DNA from: Octopus sinensis
Lineage: Eukaryota
Direction of reading: 5' to 3'
DNA length: 64,000 nt
Assembly: GCF_006345805.1 (NCBI RefSeq)
Contig: NC_043002.1
Location: forward strand, 109,368,001 to 109,432,000
Of the stretch, positions 61,001 to 64,000 are shown piece after piece (position 1 is the first letter of the stretch; the number at the start of each line of letters is the position of its first letter). The position numbers and the translations under genes were made by a program. A model generated the notes under the pieces. The model was not told the origin of the DNA and ran no database searches. It saw nothing but the letters and a program-made list of their open reading frames with translations.

Positions 61001-62032
61001 TGTTTGAAATTTATCACGCATCAGTTAATGGTTTTTGCCAATCTCTCAGAGGCACAGAATTGCTGCTTTAATTTTTATATCAATCCCTTTTTTAAAAGTA
61101 TCTTCCCAGTATAGTTGCACACTTGGCTATGTTGTAAGAAGCTTATTTTCCAACCACATGGTTCCAGGTTCAGTCCCACTGTGTAGCACCTTCAGCATTG
61201 GTCTTCTACTATAGTCTTGGGCTGACCAAAACCTTGTGAGTGGATTTGGTAGACGGAAACTGAAAGAAGCCCGTCGTATATATGTATATATATATATATG
61301 CGTGTGTGTGTATGTGCATCTGTGTTTGTCCCCCTAGCATTGCTTGACAACTGAAGCTGGTGTGTTTATGTCCCCGTTACTTAGTGGTTTGGCAAAAGAG
61401 ACCGATAGAATAAGTACTGGGCTTACAAAAGAATAAGTCCCGGGGTCGAGTTGCTCGATTAAAGGCGGTGCTCCAGCATGGCCGCAGTCAAATGACTGAA
61501 ACAAGTAAAAGAGTAAAAGAGAGAGTAAGAGTATAGTTGCACACTTGGCTATGTTGTAAGAAGCTTACTTTCCAACCACAAGGTTCCAGGTTCAGTCCCA
61601 CTGTGTGGCACCTTCAGCATTGGTCTTCTACTATAGTCTTGGGCTGACCAAAACCTTGTGAGTGGATTTGGTGGATGGAAACTGAAAGAAGCCTGTTGTG
61701 TGTGTATGTGTCCCCTACCACTGCTTGACAACTGGTGATGGTGTGTTTGTGTTTTGGCAAAAGAGACCAATCGAAAAAGTACCAGGATTAAAATAAGTCC
61801 TGGGGTTGATTCATTCGACTAAAATTCTCCAAGGCAGTGCCCCAGCATGGCCACAGTCTAATGACTGAAACAAGTAAAGAAGAAAAAAAACTCCAGTCTG
61901 TATTGTTGGTAGGATATTTGGACGGATTTAAAGTAGAGGTGGCCATTAGTTGGAAGTGAGGGATGCCATTTGGTCTTACCTCTTAGGTTCGATTTGTTTA
62001 CCTTTTTAAATATTTCCTGCATATTTTTACAG

Positions 62033-62388
62033 AAATTCTGGTGAAGAAGATTTCTGAATGTTTTCTGTCTTGTCATTATGAAGAGTTAATGACTGCAACA
62101 GACTGTGGTGTTTCTAACGAGACTTTTGGAGAAATTTCTCCTGAACACAATACAAGTCTGGAAGAGACCTTCAAACATCTGTTGAGTTTGCAAGATGACA
62201 CCTCATCTCTTGGGCATCAAGGCCTCCCAAAAGATGAATCTTCTTCCCAGTTAAAAATGGAAGAATGTATAACACAATTGGCTCAGCTTAAACTTGAACT
62301 TGTGGCTTATGGTGTTGGACATTTTGCCGAGTGTAAAATCGCACAGTACCAGTTGGCATTGATGATGGCTATATGTGACCAGTTTAAG
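62033..62388 (+). CDS. SRRD: SRR1-like protein, coding exon 3 (start of SRR1 domain); gene continues beyond the window
   Basis: Ends LVAYGVGHFAECKIAQYQLALMMAICDQFK, matching the SRR1-family motif (V/C)YG(I/L)GxF...AxxQL; tttttacAG / GTaggc. Confidence 0.82.
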
Positions 62389-62586
62389 GTAGGCAATTTT
62401 CCACCTGTGTTCACCATTCATTTTATTCTTCTCCCCGTTGTCTCCCATGCTCTTTTGCACTCTTGCAAATTTACCTCCCCACTCAATGCTCTGTTCCATT
62501 TCATTTATATTCACATCCCTGTAACTTGAGGGTACACCATGACACATCTTTACTATCATCTCCTCTCCCTTTTCCAACTGGGTTCA

Positions 62587-63160
62587 TGTGTTAACAACAA
62601 ACAAGATGAGGACAAAATATCCGTCAAATGTAAATAATGTACATAATTCCTCATCTCTTAAATATAGAACTGCAACAATCAAGAACATCCTCAGAATACT
62701 TGCTCTCCCCAAACCAATGATGTTTTTGTAAAAAGTATGATGCTGCATGACAGCAAAAAGCCTCCTCATTGGTTCATACCCTCCAGCCTTCATCAGGTGT
62801 CTTGGGGAAATTTCAAACCTGGGTTCTCATTCCTAAAGTATTTTTCGATGTTGTCGTTGCCGCCAACCTCCTCCTCCTTCCCCCTCTTCCTCCAGGTTAC
62901 AGCCTGGAATCGAACTCGAAATCTTGGGGTTAGTAGCCCGCGCTCTTAATCACTATGCCATATGCTCGTGGGCATATGGCATAGTGGTTAATAATAATAA
63001 TAACAACAACAACATCGAAAAATACCTTAAGAATGAGAACTAGGTTCGAAATTTCCCCAAGACACCTGATGAAGACTGGAGGGTATATCAACCAAAACGT
63101 TGTGTTAACAACAAACAAGATGAGGACAAATATCCGTCAAATGTGAATAATGTAAATAAT
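62587..63160. mobile_element. Rearranged HH1 cluster: + strand 3' piece (62587-62671), - strand copy (62777-62966), + strand copy (62970-63160)
   Basis: Same body as 45877-46152. Head-to-head junction ...CACTATGCCATATGCTC GT GGGCATATGGCATAGTG...; hammerhead remnants at 62777-62803 (-) and 63060-63106 (+). Confidence 0.75.
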
Positions 63161-64000
63161 ATTCTTGATTGTTATTCTAAATAGTTGGGTTATGTTGTTG
63201 TTTACCCCTAGGTCAGCTCTCTTCTTGCAGTTCTATGATCAAAGGTTTTCCAACCATGACTATCTTGTCTTTTAGTGTATCTAGGATTATACTGTCCAAT
63301 GGGTCCTTCATATTTTAGACTGTATTGTGTAATTTTAGGGAGACTTGACTACTATTTTAAGCAGTGATGTCACAGATGCTCTGTCATTGATGTTGTTAGC
63401 CTACATGTTGTTGTTGTTGATATTGGAGCTAGAAATGATAAATCTGTTTTGAAATCTTTGCAGCTGTCATTGTATCAATGTTATACATATGATCCAGTTT
63501 GGTCAGACATTGAGAAGTCTGTGATACACAGCATTGGTGTCTCTCTGGTCTCCAAAAATGAAGTAAGTTTCTATTTATTTAATATTATTAATGTTTAAAA
63601 GGTCATCATCGTCATCATTTAATATCTGTTTTTTATGTTGGCATGGGTCGGGCAGTTTGACAGCAGCTGGCAAGCCAGAGGGTTGCACCACGCTCGAATT
63701 GTCTGTTTTTGACTTGGATGTTTTTACATCCGGATGCCCCTTTCGAATTCCAACCATCTTACTAAGTGTTCAGGGTGCATTTCATGTGGAACCGGCACAG
63801 GTGTTTTTAAACATGACACTGGTGCATATGCTACATGGCACTGGCAGGGTGCTCTTCATGTGGGACTGGTATGGGTTCTTTCCAAATGGTGCCAGCATGA
63901 GTGCTTTCCATGTGATGCTGGCATGGGTGCTCTTCATGTGGAATTGGTATAGGTGCTTATCACATGTCACTAGCATGGGCGCTTTCTATGTGACGCCGGC

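Overview
AT-rich, repeat-dense animal genomic DNA, most likely Octopus or another coleoid cephalopod (inferred from the clustered effector-less C2H2 genes and the SINE/RTE repeat content). The left half holds a cluster of three single-coding-exon tandem C2H2 zinc-finger genes (4197-5216 +, 15735-16847 -, 25072-26247 +) and a detached, still-open 3-finger fragment (7258-7545 +). The right half holds a complete 11-12 exon POLDIP2 gene on the minus strand (30240-54677), head-to-head with the first three coding exons of an SRR1-domain gene (SRRD, 59269-62388+, continuing past the window). The rest is mostly mobile DNA: several tRNA-derived SINE families, 5'-truncated RTE LINEs, non-autonomous Helitrons, hAT/Mutator/piggyBac MITEs and a decayed Penelope-like (PLE) RT plus GIY-YIG remnant. 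The most notable unexplained signal is two families of short non-coding repeats carrying type-I hammerhead ribozyme motifs. One fuses a tRNA-type Pol III head to the ribozyme and shows PLE-style inverted ends; the other has long terminal direct repeats. Together they suggest a PLE-mobilised ribozyme-SINE/retrozyme system. All alignments and folds were done by eye, and repeat boundaries are approximate unless a TSD is given.
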